Source of the DNA: Thermoproteota archaeon
GTDB lineage: Archaea; Thermoproteota; Thermoprotei_A; Sulfolobales; Ignisphaeraceae
Direction of reading: 5' to 3'
Assembly (NCBI GenBank): GCA_030550585.1
Contig: JAUQPB010000002.1
Location: 1 to 64,000 of the forward strand
DNA length: 64,000 nt
Made by a program: the position numbers and the translations under genes. Under the pieces are notes generated by a model. That model did not search any database and had not been told where the DNA came from. It saw only the letters and a list, made by a program, of their open reading frames with translations. Positions 34,129 to 44,711 of the stretch are shown piece after piece (within the stretch, counting starts at the first letter, position 1; each line of letters starts with the position of its first letter).

Positions 34129-34744
34129 TCTTTGTAAGACATATAAGTGTTGTTAGAGATTTGTAAAACATCTCTAGCCATTCTATCGCTATAGTTGAAA
34201 CATATATTGCATCATATTCTCCAGCACCGCCTACAATCAACATCTTCGACTTCATCTCGTTAGTGAAATAAATACCGTGTAGAATATCAGATCCTATTAT
34301 TACACCTAGCTGTGTAGATAGTGGGAGTATATAAGGATAGAATTCGGCGTCGCCATATAAAATTGTTGCTAGTATGAAATATGGCATTACATACCCGAGT
34401 ATATTTATAGCAAAAAACTTGCTGGTGACTATGGTGTTTAACGATGACAATGCTATAGCTAGGCTAATCAGAAAAAATAATGATAGGTAGTCCACATTTT
34501 GAAAGCTCCATAAAGCCATCAGTGCTGATGTTGCCAAAGGAGTTACAGCCCCCCTTAAATCTAATGCCACTTTTTTGCTAATCAATTCAACAACCTTCTT
34601 AGAAGTTTTTAATCTAAGCAAATCTATGCTGAGAACAGCTGCCAGCACCACTATAGCTATTAACACATTTTTCAAAGCCGCAAAGCTATAAGCAATTACT
34701 GTTGCTATAAATAGGATGTGGATTTTTGTATTCAATAGAAGCAC
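34118..34744 (-). CDS. Membrane protein (DUF1614-like)
   Basis: GVIIGSDILH, VGGAGEYDAIY. Confidence 0.6.
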   Translation of the reverse strand: MLLLNTKIHILFIATVIAYSFAALKNVLIAIVVLAAVLSIDLLRLKTSKKVVELISKKVALDLRGAVTPLATSALMALWSFQNVDYLSLFFLISLAIALSSLNTIVTSKFFAINILGYVMPYFILATILYGDAEFYPYILPLSTQLGVIIGSDILHGIYFTNEMKSKMLIVGGAGEYDAIYVSTIAIEWLEMFYKSLTTLICLTKSVY

Positions 34745-34811
34745 CTTTTAGTGCATTTAATAAAGTAAATAAATTAAGTTGTGAGACTGTTTATCTCAAG
34801 GTGATGGAAAG

Positions 34812-35624
34812 ATGATAACGGAGGTTATTAAAGCTCTATTCTATGCATGTAACAGCTACCCCAAGGTGTCAGCCCCTCATAGATATAGCCTATCAGATGA
34901 TTTCGAGTTATGCGTCCTCTCCTCGATATTGCCAGCTACAACATCTTATGACTCTGTCTATAACATTGTTGTCGAACTCAGATCTGGAAGAAGAACTGTG
35001 AGAGAGTTGGAAATAGGCAAAATGATTGCGAAAAACATTACGACTCTTTTAAAGGAACTAGGATACAATATTCGAATATCAATTGTTGCATCAACAACAA
35101 TTTTTTTGTATGTAGATGCTTATCTTTCTAATAGAATAGAGAAAGACTTTCACGAAGCTGTTAAAAAAGTTTTTAATGCTTTAAATTTGACACCATCCCA
35201 AGAAACAGTTGAACTACTCAGGATTTTTAATAGTGTAGGTGGGGAGCTTCGCAGAATTATTGATGTATGTGAACTTACCGAGAGGAGGATACTTACTGAG
35301 GATCTAAGCTTAGGCCAGCTCTTTTCAATTATATCAAGATATAGCAGGGATTTCACATTCTTTACCTCACCACAAAGAATATTGGATGTTTTAACAATGG
35401 CGGACAACCTCTTCAAATCTCTTCAAAACGTCAATGCTATTCTAGTAAAAATATTCTTAGAGCTTGCAAAAGATGAGACTCAAATTAGAATAGACTTTGA
35501 TAAAGTGGCTTTAGCCAGCATAATAAAAATGGATTTGGAGATGAGAAAGAAGGGCGTTGATCTCACACATCTAATGCCTTATGTAATGCTGGCGTCTCTC
35601 TACTTAGTGAAAACTAAATTGTGA
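34812..35624 (+). CDS. Hypothetical protein, possibly degenerate CitG-like
   Basis: PKVSAPHR resembles PKPGNVHR; next to RimK-family gene. Confidence 0.4.
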   Translation: MITEVIKALFYACNSYPKVSAPHRYSLSDDFELCVLSSILPATTSYDSVYNIVVELRSGRRTVRELEIGKMIAKNITTLLKELGYNIRISIVASTTIFLYVDAYLSNRIEKDFHEAVKKVFNALNLTPSQETVELLRIFNSVGGELRRIIDVCELTERRILTEDLSLGQLFSIISRYSRDFTFFTSPQRILDVLTMADNLFKSLQNVNAILVKIFLELAKDETQIRIDFDKVALASIIKMDLEMRKKGVDLTHLMPYVMLASLYLVKTKL

Positions 35625-36324
35625 TTACTTTAGCGCCCTTATTAGCAGGTATGGAAACATTGTAAATAGTCGTACCATTTATTCTAGCCTCTATTTTTCG
35701 AGCGTGATGGGCATGACCATGTATAGCAATATCAGGCTTTACATCAATGCTTTCTATTATAGGGTATCCCAGGAACTGATATATCGCTGGATTTTCCCCA
35801 GCTATTGTAAGGTAACTTGAGGCATAGTGTGTTATCAAGATGGTGTAGTAATCTTTTTTGCAAACCCTAATCATGTTTATAATGCTCTCCAGACTCTTGG
35901 AATAAATGTCCTCAATTCCTCTAATATTTCTTTGCTGCCACACAGTGGGCTTTTTCAATACACCTCGACCTCCAACAAAACAGACCTCAGATTCACCTAG
36001 CTTAACAACCTTATGATTATTGTTGAGCCATATTACTTGGGGATATGTGGAATAGTAGCTTTCTTCAGTACCAAAATACTCCTCATTGCCAAATACTGCT
36101 ACGACAATTGGTCTGCTATAGATATTTGGAAAAAGCTTCTGTAGAGCAGATAATACCACTCTCATATGGTCAATTCTTCCCTTATCAACAATATCTCCAG
36201 CCATAACAATAACATCAACATTATTAACATTAATTCTATTTAGCGAAGATATCAACATATTTAGGTATTGCATGCCATGAACATCAGCAAAAGCAACGAT
36301 GTTTATAGTCATAATTCTGATCAA
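35614..36324 (-). CDS. Metallophosphoesterase
   Basis: ADVH, GDIVD, GNEE, ITH, HGHAH. Confidence 0.9.
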   Translation of the reverse strand: MIRIMTINIVAFADVHGMQYLNMLISSLNRINVNNVDVIVMAGDIVDKGRIDHMRVVLSALQKLFPNIYSRPIVVAVFGNEEYFGTEESYYSTYPQVIWLNNNHKVVKLGESEVCFVGGRGVLKKPTVWQQRNIRGIEDIYSKSLESIINMIRVCKKDYYTILITHYASSYLTIAGENPAIYQFLGYPIIESIDVKPDIAIHGHAHHARKIEARINGTTIYNVSIPANKGAKVITI

Positions 36325-36409
36325 CCAAAAACAGAATCTAGCATCTCAGCTTATAAAATCTGTACAATGATTCAGATTTGTAAAGCCAAAGATATTAAGG
36401 TGCTAAACA

Positions 36410-36634
36410 ATGTTAAGGCCTAGGGGATGTAACGCATCAGGGCATAAGGGCTGGCATGAGGTTAAATGCTCTATATGTGCCAAGAAGCTTTATCTAGGAG
36501 ATGACATCGTTTATCAATGCCCTAAGTGTGGAGCCAAATACAATTTGTATTATTGTCAAGCAGATGCTAAGAGACTTCACATGAAATGTCCGTTTTGCGG
36601 CTCAGACCTTGTATTAGTGGTATACCCTAGCTAG
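36410..36634 (+). CDS. Small Cys-rich zinc-binding protein
   Basis: CSIC, CPKC, CPFCG. Confidence 0.7.
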   Translation: MLRPRGCNASGHKGWHEVKCSICAKKLYLGDDIVYQCPKCGAKYNLYYCQADAKRLHMKCPFCGSDLVLVVYPS

Positions 36635-36643
36635 AGGGTTGAT

Positions 36644-37003
36644 ATGGAAGTAAGAGACTATTACATTGATAATCATAGAAAGGTTGTGTTTGTGAGCGAA
36701 GGCGGGTCAACAACCATAATATCCGACCTATATCCATGCCAAATAGAACACGAAGACAATTCCAAAGATATTTATAAAATGATAGAAATAGATAACGTGA
36801 AAATAATTACTAAGCATATTAATGTACCTAAACCGTTTACTGATGGAATGTTGGAAATAGCGTGCATAGGCTCGACAGATAAATGTTTTTCAACAAGTAT
36901 AATACTAAAGCTTCCACACGAAATCAACAATGTTTCAGAAATCGAAAGAGTGATAAAGGATGCTATATTCTCTTATGAGAAATGTCTACAAAACCAAAAG
37001 TGA
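36644..37003 (+). CDS. Hypothetical protein
   Basis: SD GAGGG, follows previous ORF. Confidence 0.55.
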   Translation: MEVRDYYIDNHRKVVFVSEGGSTTIISDLYPCQIEHEDNSKDIYKMIEIDNVKIITKHINVPKPFTDGMLEIACIGSTDKCFSTSIILKLPHEINNVSEIERVIKDAIFSYEKCLQNQK

Positions 37004-37050
37004 ATAATTTAGCATAGTTCAGAACATCGAAGAAATGCAAAGTACGGAAT

Positions 37051-37377
37051 TCACTTACGAATTACTTCAAGAAGTCTCTTCAATTCTTCCTGAACCATAA
37101 TCTCAATATCTTTGGAGTGAACTCTTATAAGATGGAGATACATCCCCCTCTTTGTGAATGGTCCTTTATCACAGAGGTTGCATCTCATACCATTATTTCT
37201 TTTTACAAGCATTGAAGCCATTTTTTCAACAGATTTTTCGAAGATAGGGGCAATAGATGGTGCTACTAGGTCGTCCAATTCATATTTTTGTGCAAGTGAA
37301 GATGCCTTGCGGGCCACATATTCCACTATTTTCTTTAGCGCAATTTCTTGCCTCATTCTAGAGCTACACCCTTTCAT
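37051..37377 (-). CDS. C2H2 zinc-finger protein
   Basis: CNLCDKGPFTKRGMYLHLIRVH. Confidence 0.8.
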   Translation of the reverse strand: MKGCSSRMRQEIALKKIVEYVARKASSLAQKYELDDLVAPSIAPIFEKSVEKMASMLVKRNNGMRCNLCDKGPFTKRGMYLHLIRVHSKDIEIMVQEELKRLLEVIRK

Positions 37378-37545
37378 ATAGTATCTATCGCGAATTTACC
37401 TATTTTAAGGTGTGAGTCCTAACACCTACACAGTTCCCTATCCTACTAATAATAGATGTTAAAACAACATGTTTGGTTGATGACAGGAATTTATCATAAA
37501 AACATATAAAATTGATGTTGGCACATATAGCTACAGGTAACAAAC

Positions 37546-38868
37546 TTGTGCAGCTATAGAAAATGTGATAAAAAGGTAGGATTTGCTACAGTAGTGCTAT
37601 TATTATTTGTGATGCAAATCCCCTATGAATTGAAAGGACAAAACAATGTATTGCTCGTTGATGAGCATGATATTCAATGGGTATACACAAATAATTCTGT
37701 TCCACAATCACTATACAAGGATTTCTCAATAGCACTCTCTTACAGCGGTATAAAAGCGACATTTAGCATGGAAACGAGTCTGGTTAACCAGAGTGTTACA
37801 TCTACAGTCAACTTCACTATAAACATTGTTGGAGGCGAACGAATACATTACCTGTATACATCACTCATAGAAATCAACAATTCGAAAAAGCTTATAGAAA
37901 ACGTGGAAGGAAACATTGCAATAGATAAGAATACAATATTGGTACAGTGGCACAAGCATGAGGTAGTAATGTCAGGCAAATTTAATGAAACGCGTGCTTG
38001 GATTCCATTCAAGCAACCATTAGTAGAGCTACTGAATAATGCATCAATTAATCCTGGCAAGGTTATAACAGATGCTAGCGGAGTTTATGTAGCAGAGGCC
38101 ACTCAAGACAACTTCAAATCTATTTACTATCTCTTTGACGTTTATGTAAATAAGAGTAGGTACCTAAGCCTTTACACAAACTCTATACAGAGCTGTGCTG
38201 TACTTGATTCTCTTCCAATGAGAACAGACATAAACATGGACATTAAGATGAGTAGATATATGAGTAAATATGGTATATCAGTAGAAGGCTCTATGCCTAG
38301 CGACATAGTAAACGGATACAAAGCAACTTTATGTATACTACCTCTGTTGATTAAGCTTCAAGACTTGATTCAACACATAGAGGCTGATATGACGCAAATG
38401 AAAATTCATAGTTCTGCATCATTTAATCTATTTTTAACATCGTTTATACCAACTTTTTTGAGAAATATTGCAAACAATGTAATAAATGGTTATGTAAATG
38501 TGATTTCATCGCCTTACCTAAAGGGACATAGCAATGCAATAGTTGTTTCACTCTATAATTACTCTTCTTCGAATATGGCGATGGCAATGGCAATATATAG
38601 TATGAACTACACCAATAATATGAATTACAAGGAGCTCTTGTGCAACCTGTCAAACTATATCATGACCCCCTTTATTAATCAGAATATTTGTAGCGAAATA
38701 AATAAAGCAGTTATGATTATAGGACATGCAAATACAACAACACCAGCTACACAAGGAATCCCTATTAACATGTTTTTAGCATTGCTTGCACTGATTATAG
38801 TGATAGTGGCTGTGGAGACTGGAATAGTGGTATACATGACTATAAAAATTGCGAAACGCAAAAAATGA
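37546..38868 (+). CDS. Secreted, C-terminally membrane-anchored surface protein
   Basis: N-terminal hydrophobic signal, many N-x-S/T sequons, Thr linker, C-terminal TM plus KRKK. Confidence 0.7.
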   Translation: MCSYRKCDKKVGFATVVLLLFVMQIPYELKGQNNVLLVDEHDIQWVYTNNSVPQSLYKDFSIALSYSGIKATFSMETSLVNQSVTSTVNFTINIVGGERIHYLYTSLIEINNSKKLIENVEGNIAIDKNTILVQWHKHEVVMSGKFNETRAWIPFKQPLVELLNNASINPGKVITDASGVYVAEATQDNFKSIYYLFDVYVNKSRYLSLYTNSIQSCAVLDSLPMRTDINMDIKMSRYMSKYGISVEGSMPSDIVNGYKATLCILPLLIKLQDLIQHIEADMTQMKIHSSASFNLFLTSFIPTFLRNIANNVINGYVNVISSPYLKGHSNAIVVSLYNYSSSNMAMAMAIYSMNYTNNMNYKELLCNLSNYIMTPFINQNICSEINKAVMIIGHANTTTPATQGIPINMFLALLALIIVIVAVETGIVVYMTIKIAKRKK

Positions 38869-39729
38869 TCAGTATACACCCATTAGAAGTAGTGCTACCA
38901 TTCTCTTTCCATTAATGAACCTTGTGCTAACTCTCCTAGACCTTAGCACATTATCAACGTATTCAGAATTCAGCAACATGCTTGTATCAATTTTCTTAGA
39001 TCCTATAACAAAATTGCATGAGTATCCAAATGATGGTATCCAAACCTGGTATTCAGCAACGTACTTGAATACTGATTTGATGCTATTAGCTACATTATCG
39101 TAAACTTGTGTGTAGAAGAATCTTGAACCAGCTTGAGTAACCATAACACCGTTCTCTGTTAATATGCCATTTATTCTGTCAAAGAATTGTTTTGTATATA
39201 AATCTTTTGCTATATCACTTGAGTAAGGATCGGTCAGATCAAGTATAACAACATCATATTGCGCACCTTTTTCATATTCTTTTTCGACAAATCTTTTTCC
39301 ATCTTCAATTACTACTCTAGCCCTCTTGTCAAAGAAAGATCCCTGATGCATCTCTGGCAAGTATTCTTTGGCTAGCTCAACAACATCCTTATCTATATCA
39401 ACCATAAAAGCCTCTTCAACAGTGCTATGCTTTAAGACTTCTCTAAGAGTGGCACCCTCACCTCCACCTATTATTAAAACTCTTCTAGGATTTGGATGGA
39501 GAACCATGGCCGGGTGAACAAGGGATTCATGATATATGAACTCATCAGATGTTGTGCTCTGAAGATACCCATCTAGAACAAGAGCTTTTCCAAAGTCCTC
39601 GACATCGGCTACTATAATTTCTTGAAAAGGCGACCTCTTAATTGTGATGAGGGCGCGTGTCTTTACCACCATTAAACTATTTTTGCCGATTCCCTGAACT
39701 ATTACGGTTCCTAACATCATTTTCCTCAC
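38869..39729 (-). CDS. speE: Polyamine aminopropyltransferase
   Basis: DEFIYHESLVHP, GGGEGATLRE, DLTDP. Confidence 0.95.
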   Translation of the reverse strand: MRKMMLGTVIVQGIGKNSLMVVKTRALITIKRSPFQEIIVADVEDFGKALVLDGYLQSTTSDEFIYHESLVHPAMVLHPNPRRVLIIGGGEGATLREVLKHSTVEEAFMVDIDKDVVELAKEYLPEMHQGSFFDKRARVVIEDGKRFVEKEYEKGAQYDVVILDLTDPYSSDIAKDLYTKQFFDRINGILTENGVMVTQAGSRFFYTQVYDNVANSIKSVFKYVAEYQVWIPSFGYSCNFVIGSKKIDTSMLLNSEYVDNVLRSRRVSTRFINGKRMVALLLMGVY

Positions 39730-39803
39730 ATTAATTATGCTTATTTAATGCTAAAATTTAAATATAGCTTTAAAATGCTTTTGTGTGTAAATTTGGAGGT
39801 TGT

Positions 39804-39866
39804 GTGATGACCATACTAAACGCTGATCACCTTCTACTGACTGGTGATGTGGGGCCAAAGCGCTGA
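39804..39866 (+). ncRNA. C/D box sRNA candidate (tRNA-Gln U34 guide)
   Basis: GTGATGA-12nt-CTGA-hairpin-GTGATGT-GGGGCCAAAGCG-CTGA. Confidence 0.7.
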
Positions 39867-39906
39867 TGAGCAAAGATGTAGCATGTTCAGCATTAAATTC
39901 CATACT

Positions 39907-40581
39907 TTAACTGATCTCTAGCCCTCTTATCATATTAGCTTGATGGTGTATCATTTCCAGCAAGTTATTGTTGGGGCTTTTTATAACAATTTTTATTGAA
40001 TTTTTCTCTACAATAGTTACTATACTACCCCTGACAATACCTGCATGCACTAACTTCATTACTAAATCATCTTGAAATGAACACATAATTCTTGTTATCT
40101 TCACTCTTGTACCAGCATTAAACATTGTCAATGGTTTGTCGCCTTCAATTTCACGAAGCTCTTTCTCATTATATTCTGGGAGCCCTGGAATTGGGTTTCC
40201 ATGTGGGCACACACTAGGTTTTTTCATAAATATCCATAGTTTATCGAAGAACTCGGGAGGCATGTGCTCTAGCATATGAGCATACTCATGTGCTTTGAGA
40301 AGGTCAAACCCAAGATAGTAGTAGAGAAAGTATTCTGCTAGTCTATGTCTCTTAACTATACTTGTAGCGATCTTCCTTCCCTTCTCACTTAACCTAACAC
40401 CTTCATATGGAAGCCACACCACGTAGCCATTAGATTCTAACTTCTTCAAGGTTTTGGAGACTGTTGCTGCAGTGACCTTGAGCTCCTTTGCAATATCGCC
40501 TGTCTTAGCATACCCTAGCACCTCCTCTAATCTATAAATAGCTTTTAGATAGTCTTCTAGAGTTCTTGAATCTCTATTCAA
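39907..40581 (-). CDS. DtxR/MntR-family metal-dependent regulator with FeoA domain
   Basis: EDYLKAIY, RHRLAE, LEH, CPHGNPIP; TTG start at 40581 preferred. Confidence 0.92.
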   Translation of the reverse strand: MNRDSRTLEDYLKAIYRLEEVLGYAKTGDIAKELKVTAATVSKTLKKLESNGYVVWLPYEGVRLSEKGRKIATSIVKRHRLAEYFLYYYLGFDLLKAHEYAHMLEHMPPEFFDKLWIFMKKPSVCPHGNPIPGLPEYNEKELREIEGDKPLTMFNAGTRVKITRIMCSFQDDLVMKLVHAGIVRGSIVTIVEKNSIKIVIKSPNNNLLEMIHHQANMIRGLEIS

Positions 40582-40770
40582 AAGTTTGTCCCAAAAGCAT
40601 ATGCTAAATAAAAAACTATTATAGATTTCTTTAATAAAATGATTGATTGGATCCATTCTTATCTTAAAAACAACATCTCAAATTACAGACATGTAATCAA
40701 GGTTCTGCAAAACCCTTACAGTTTATAGAGTAACTGGCTAGAACTAAATATAAATGGATAGGGTAAAGAA

Positions 40771-41130
40771 ATGTTAGAAAGGCTATCAAAAGCCATCAAA
40801 GAGGTAAACATAAGTACAACAAAGATTAGGGCGACATTCAGCAAATCGGTGAGAGGAGGATCTAAGTTCAAGATATTTAGGGGTAGAAAAAACTTAGAGG
40901 AGGATATATCCGACATCGCTACAGTACTTGTTAATATAATGTTAATGGGCAAGGAGAAGGCAAGCAAGTGCAGATACTACGATACTGAGACAGGTTCGTG
41001 TATGTTCCATAGACCAAATGTTATGGTACCAACTCTAGAATACGTAAGTAAAAATGGTATTCTATACATTAACGTATCTAAACATCCGGAGATATGTGCA
41101 GCATGTCCTTATTGGACTCCCAAACAATGA
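40771..41130 (+). CDS. Hypothetical Cys-containing protein
   Basis: C..C, HPEICAACPYW. Confidence 0.6.
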   Translation: MLERLSKAIKEVNISTTKIRATFSKSVRGGSKFKIFRGRKNLEEDISDIATVLVNIMLMGKEKASKCRYYDTETGSCMFHRPNVMVPTLEYVSKNGILYINVSKHPEICAACPYWTPKQ

Positions 41131-41203
41131 GCATCCAGATATGAGATACGTTTCTTTTATAAACTTTAAAATTCTGTATAAGCAATCCATATTGTGAAAC
41201 ACC

Positions 41204-41878
41204 GTGTTGATAGTTGCTCTAGATCCTCCAAATTATGTTGATGTCGTAGAATGGATTGAAAGGAGATATAATGAACTTAAAGATATTGTTCAAGGCTTTA
41301 AGCTAGGATTACCGGCAATTATAAGGGTTGGTGTAGAAACTATCAGCAAAATCTTCAAAGAATACAACGGTCTTTTAATTGCTGATTTGAAACTTGCTGA
41401 TATAGGAGATATAATGGCCCTTACAGCAAGTATTTTGAAAGAACATGGCTTCAACGCTGTAATAGCCCATGCCTTTGTCGGATACAAGCAAGCAATTGAC
41501 GAACTTAGCAATGTTTGTAAAAAGGAGGGTTTGAAGCTCATACTAGTTGTTTCAATGTCTCACAAGGGCTCTGAGGAGTTTCTAGACAGGCATTTGGAGG
41601 GTTTTATCGAGGTTGCTAGAATTGCTGGTGCCTGGGGTCTTGTAGCACCAGCTACAAGACCTATGATCATAAAAAAAGTTAGGGAGGTTGTTGATAGCGA
41701 AATGAAGATCTTATCTCCTGGCGTTGGGGTGCAAGGTGCTGAGCCAGGCACGGCGCTATGCCATGGTGCCGACTACGAGATTGTTGGAAGAGCCATAGCA
41801 TATGCTGATAATGTGAGGCAAAACGCTTTAAAGATTTTAGAGATTCAGAGGCAAAGGGCGGCAAAATGTCGTGGATAG
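41204..41878 (+). CDS. pyrF: Orotidine-5'-phosphate decarboxylase
   Basis: LIVALD, DLKLADIG, SPGVGVQG, IVGR. Confidence 0.95.
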   Translation: MLIVALDPPNYVDVVEWIERRYNELKDIVQGFKLGLPAIIRVGVETISKIFKEYNGLLIADLKLADIGDIMALTASILKEHGFNAVIAHAFVGYKQAIDELSNVCKKEGLKLILVVSMSHKGSEEFLDRHLEGFIEVARIAGAWGLVAPATRPMIIKKVREVVDSEMKILSPGVGVQGAEPGTALCHGADYEIVGRAIAYADNVRQNALKILEIQRQRAAKCRG

Positions 41879-42468
41879 TAGATCTATATAAGTATGGAAT
41901 GATTAAAATAGGCAGTTTTAGACTGACTTCAGGATTGGAAAGCCCTTACTACATAGATTTGCGTCTTTTGTATAGCTTTCCAGAGCTTAGGAATAGGGTG
42001 ATAAGCGAAATCATATCGAGGTTTAGCATATTAAAGCAATGTGATGTTGTTTTAGGTGTTGCGACAAGCGGGTTGGTGTTGGCATCTATAATAGCAGATA
42101 GACTGGGCAAACCTCTTGCCTATGTAAGGATCGAGAAAAAGGAGCACGGGACAAAATCGTTGGTAGAGGGAATAGTTAGCGACAAATATGTTGTAATAGT
42201 TGATGATGTTGCTACAACAGGCGGCTCTATAGAGCATGCAGTAGTTGCAGTCAAGGATTTGGGAGGTAGACCTGTAGCAGCTGTCACAGTAATTGATAGA
42301 GAACAAGGGGCGAGAGAGAGGCTGAGGAAATATGGGATTGAATTATATAGTTTGGTCACAGCTCGTGAGATTTTCGATATCCTCTACAGCAATGGGTACA
42401 TAGGGTTCGATATGTACAATAAGATAATTAGGTATATTCAAGATACAAATGTAAGTAACATGCTGTAG
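41866..42468 (+). CDS. pyrE: Orotate phosphoribosyltransferase
   Basis: [24 protein letters not shown]. Confidence 0.96.
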   Translation: MSWIVDLYKYGMIKIGSFRLTSGLESPYYIDLRLLYSFPELRNRVISEIISRFSILKQCDVVLGVATSGLVLASIIADRLGKPLAYVRIEKKEHGTKSLVEGIVSDKYVVIVDDVATTGGSIEHAVVAVKDLGGRPVAAVTVIDREQGARERLRKYGIELYSLVTAREIFDILYSNGYIGFDMYNKIIRYIQDTNVSNML

Positions 42469-42524
42469 AATGCAAGCCGAAGAGCTTATATTTTTGTGCA
42501 GCTAAACGATTTTCCTGGGTCTTT

Positions 42525-43457
42525 GTGAAAACATATTTTTATCAACGCGATATCATATCAATACTAGACTTTAACAGAGAAAGCATTGAAACGCTATTTG
42601 AGTATACAGATAAAATGATGAAGTATGCCAACTCAAAGCTTAATTTGTTGAATGGGAAGGTGGTCTCACTGGCATTTTTCGAACCGTCGACAAGAACTAG
42701 ATTAAGCTTCGAGGTTGCTGCGAAAAGGCTTGGAGCAGATGTTATAACGATTGTTGGAGAGGAAGCTTTGAGCATTAGCAAGGGTGAGACACTTGCTGAT
42801 ACTATCAAGATGTTGGATTCTTATTCGGATGCCATAGTAATTAGGCATAAATATGAAGGTGTAGCAAAATATGCATCAGAGATAGCTGAGCACCCGGTTA
42901 TAAATGCTGGTGATGGGAAACAACATCATCCCACACAGACAATGATTGATTTGTATACTATTAAAAAGTTTTTCAATGGTATAGATGGTCTTGTCTATGG
43001 GGTATTAGGGGATTTGAGATATGGCAGAGCCACAACATCATTTATATATGGTCTTTCACTGTTTAAACCAAAGAAGATATATATGATATCGCCTGAAAGC
43101 CTGAGGGCAAGAGAAGAGGTGTTGCATGTACTGAAGGAGAGAGGTATCGCCTTTGAGGAGAGAAGAAACTTGGAAGAGGTTATAGAGGAGCTAGATGTGT
43201 TATATGTTATAAGGATTCAGAAGGAGAGGTTCCCAGATCCACTAGAATATGAAAAGGTTAAGGGGTCGTACAAAGTTACGCTCGATGTTATTAAAAAAGC
43301 TAAGAAAGATTTGAAGATTTTACATCCACTTCCAAAAGTTGATGAGATCGACGAGAGAATAGATAATACGCCATATGCAGCATACTTTACACAGGCAAAA
43401 TATGGGGTGCCGGTTAGAATGGCACTTCTAGCCCTCATTTTTGGTGTTGAACCATGA
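42525..43457 (+). CDS. pyrB: Aspartate carbamoyltransferase catalytic subunit
   Basis: [22 protein letters not shown]. Confidence 0.97.
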   Translation: MKTYFYQRDIISILDFNRESIETLFEYTDKMMKYANSKLNLLNGKVVSLAFFEPSTRTRLSFEVAAKRLGADVITIVGEEALSISKGETLADTIKMLDSYSDAIVIRHKYEGVAKYASEIAEHPVINAGDGKQHHPTQTMIDLYTIKKFFNGIDGLVYGVLGDLRYGRATTSFIYGLSLFKPKKIYMISPESLRAREEVLHVLKERGIAFEERRNLEEVIEELDVLYVIRIQKERFPDPLEYEKVKGSYKVTLDVIKKAKKDLKILHPLPKVDEIDERIDNTPYAAYFTQAKYGVPVRMALLALIFGVEP

Positions 43458-43936
43458 TTGAAGAGCCTACGCTCACAGTTTCTAAGATTAGAAACGGCAC
43501 GGTAATAGATCATATACCTGCTGGAAAAGCTATGGATATACTAAACGTACTTGGGATTGATGGTAAAGAGGGTTTGAGAATAGCAGTTCTAATGAATGTC
43601 GAGAGTAAGAAGCTTGGAAGAAAAGATATAATAAAGATAGAGGGTAGAAGGCTTTCACCAGATGATCTAAATGTGATAGCATTGCTCGCTCCAAATGCCA
43701 CTATAAACATTATCGAGGATTTCGCTGTAATAGAAAAATACAAAGTCTCATTACCGAACGTAATCACAGATGTTCTTAGATGCCCTAACCCAACGTGTAT
43801 AACCAACAAGAAGGGAGAGCATGTTAGAACAAGATTCAAACTACTTTCAAAAGAGCCTCTCAAGTTGCAATGCGAATATTGTGGAACGGTTATTAGCGAG
43901 AGTGAGGTGGCTAAACTGGTTGCTAGAAAGCACTAG
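43454..43936 (+). CDS. pyrI: Aspartate carbamoyltransferase regulatory subunit
   Basis: [21 protein letters not shown]. Confidence 0.96.
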   Translation: MIEEPTLTVSKIRNGTVIDHIPAGKAMDILNVLGIDGKEGLRIAVLMNVESKKLGRKDIIKIEGRRLSPDDLNVIALLAPNATINIIEDFAVIEKYKVSLPNVITDVLRCPNPTCITNKKGEHVRTRFKLLSKEPLKLQCEYCGTVISESEVAKLVARKH

Positions 43937-44711
43937 GTTAAGATACATAGTTAAACCTGCTAGGGTCATTGAAAACAAGCCTATATCTGGTAGCATGCAT
44001 ATACTTAGAATTGAGTTGATTAGACATTCTGTAGAGGTTGAACCATTTAACTTTTTCAATATATGGGTACCCAGAGTAGATGAAATACCACTTAGCATAG
44101 CATATGCTGACAGTAAATCTCTATTCTTTATATACAGAATAAGGGGTGTAGGTACAAAAACATTATCACAGTTGAAACCTGGTGAATTCATAGGGGTTAA
44201 GGGACCTCTTGGAAAGGGTTTCAAACCTTTGAATAATAGAAGATGGCTTATAGTCGCCGGTGGCGTAGGAATCGCGCCTGTGCCATTCTTATTAAGCTTT
44301 GCAATAAAAACGAACACAAAGATTGATGTGATCTGGGGTGTGAAGAAAAGCGATGAGTTCTTCGATTTGTCAAATGTTTTTGGTTTAAAGCAGAGAGGCT
44401 GGAGGCTCATCAAAGTCTCAGAAGACTGCCAGGATGGTTTATGTGGAACTGCATTATCGGTTCTAAATAGTGTTAGCATTAATGATTATGATGTTGTATT
44501 GGCTATAGGTCCTCAGCAAATGTTGTTATCATTTTGTAGGATGCTCAAGGATAGAGAAAATGTTTATGTATCGCTAGAGAATATGGTTAAATGCGGCATT
44601 GGAGTTTGTGGCTCATGCTATTTGAAGGGGTCTCACAAATTGCTATGCATTGATGGACCTGTTTTTAAATGCTCTGAAGTGGTCGATCATCTTGAGAGTT
44701 CTATTTCTTAA
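43920..44711 (+). CDS. pyrK: Dihydroorotate dehydrogenase electron-transfer subunit
   Basis: [38 protein letters not shown]; TTG start with SD. Confidence 0.92.
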   Translation: MLESTRLRYIVKPARVIENKPISGSMHILRIELIRHSVEVEPFNFFNIWVPRVDEIPLSIAYADSKSLFFIYRIRGVGTKTLSQLKPGEFIGVKGPLGKGFKPLNNRRWLIVAGGVGIAPVPFLLSFAIKTNTKIDVIWGVKKSDEFFDLSNVFGLKQRGWRLIKVSEDCQDGLCGTALSVLNSVSINDYDVVLAIGPQQMLLSFCRMLKDRENVYVSLENMVKCGIGVCGSCYLKGSHKLLCIDGPVFKCSEVVDHLESSIS

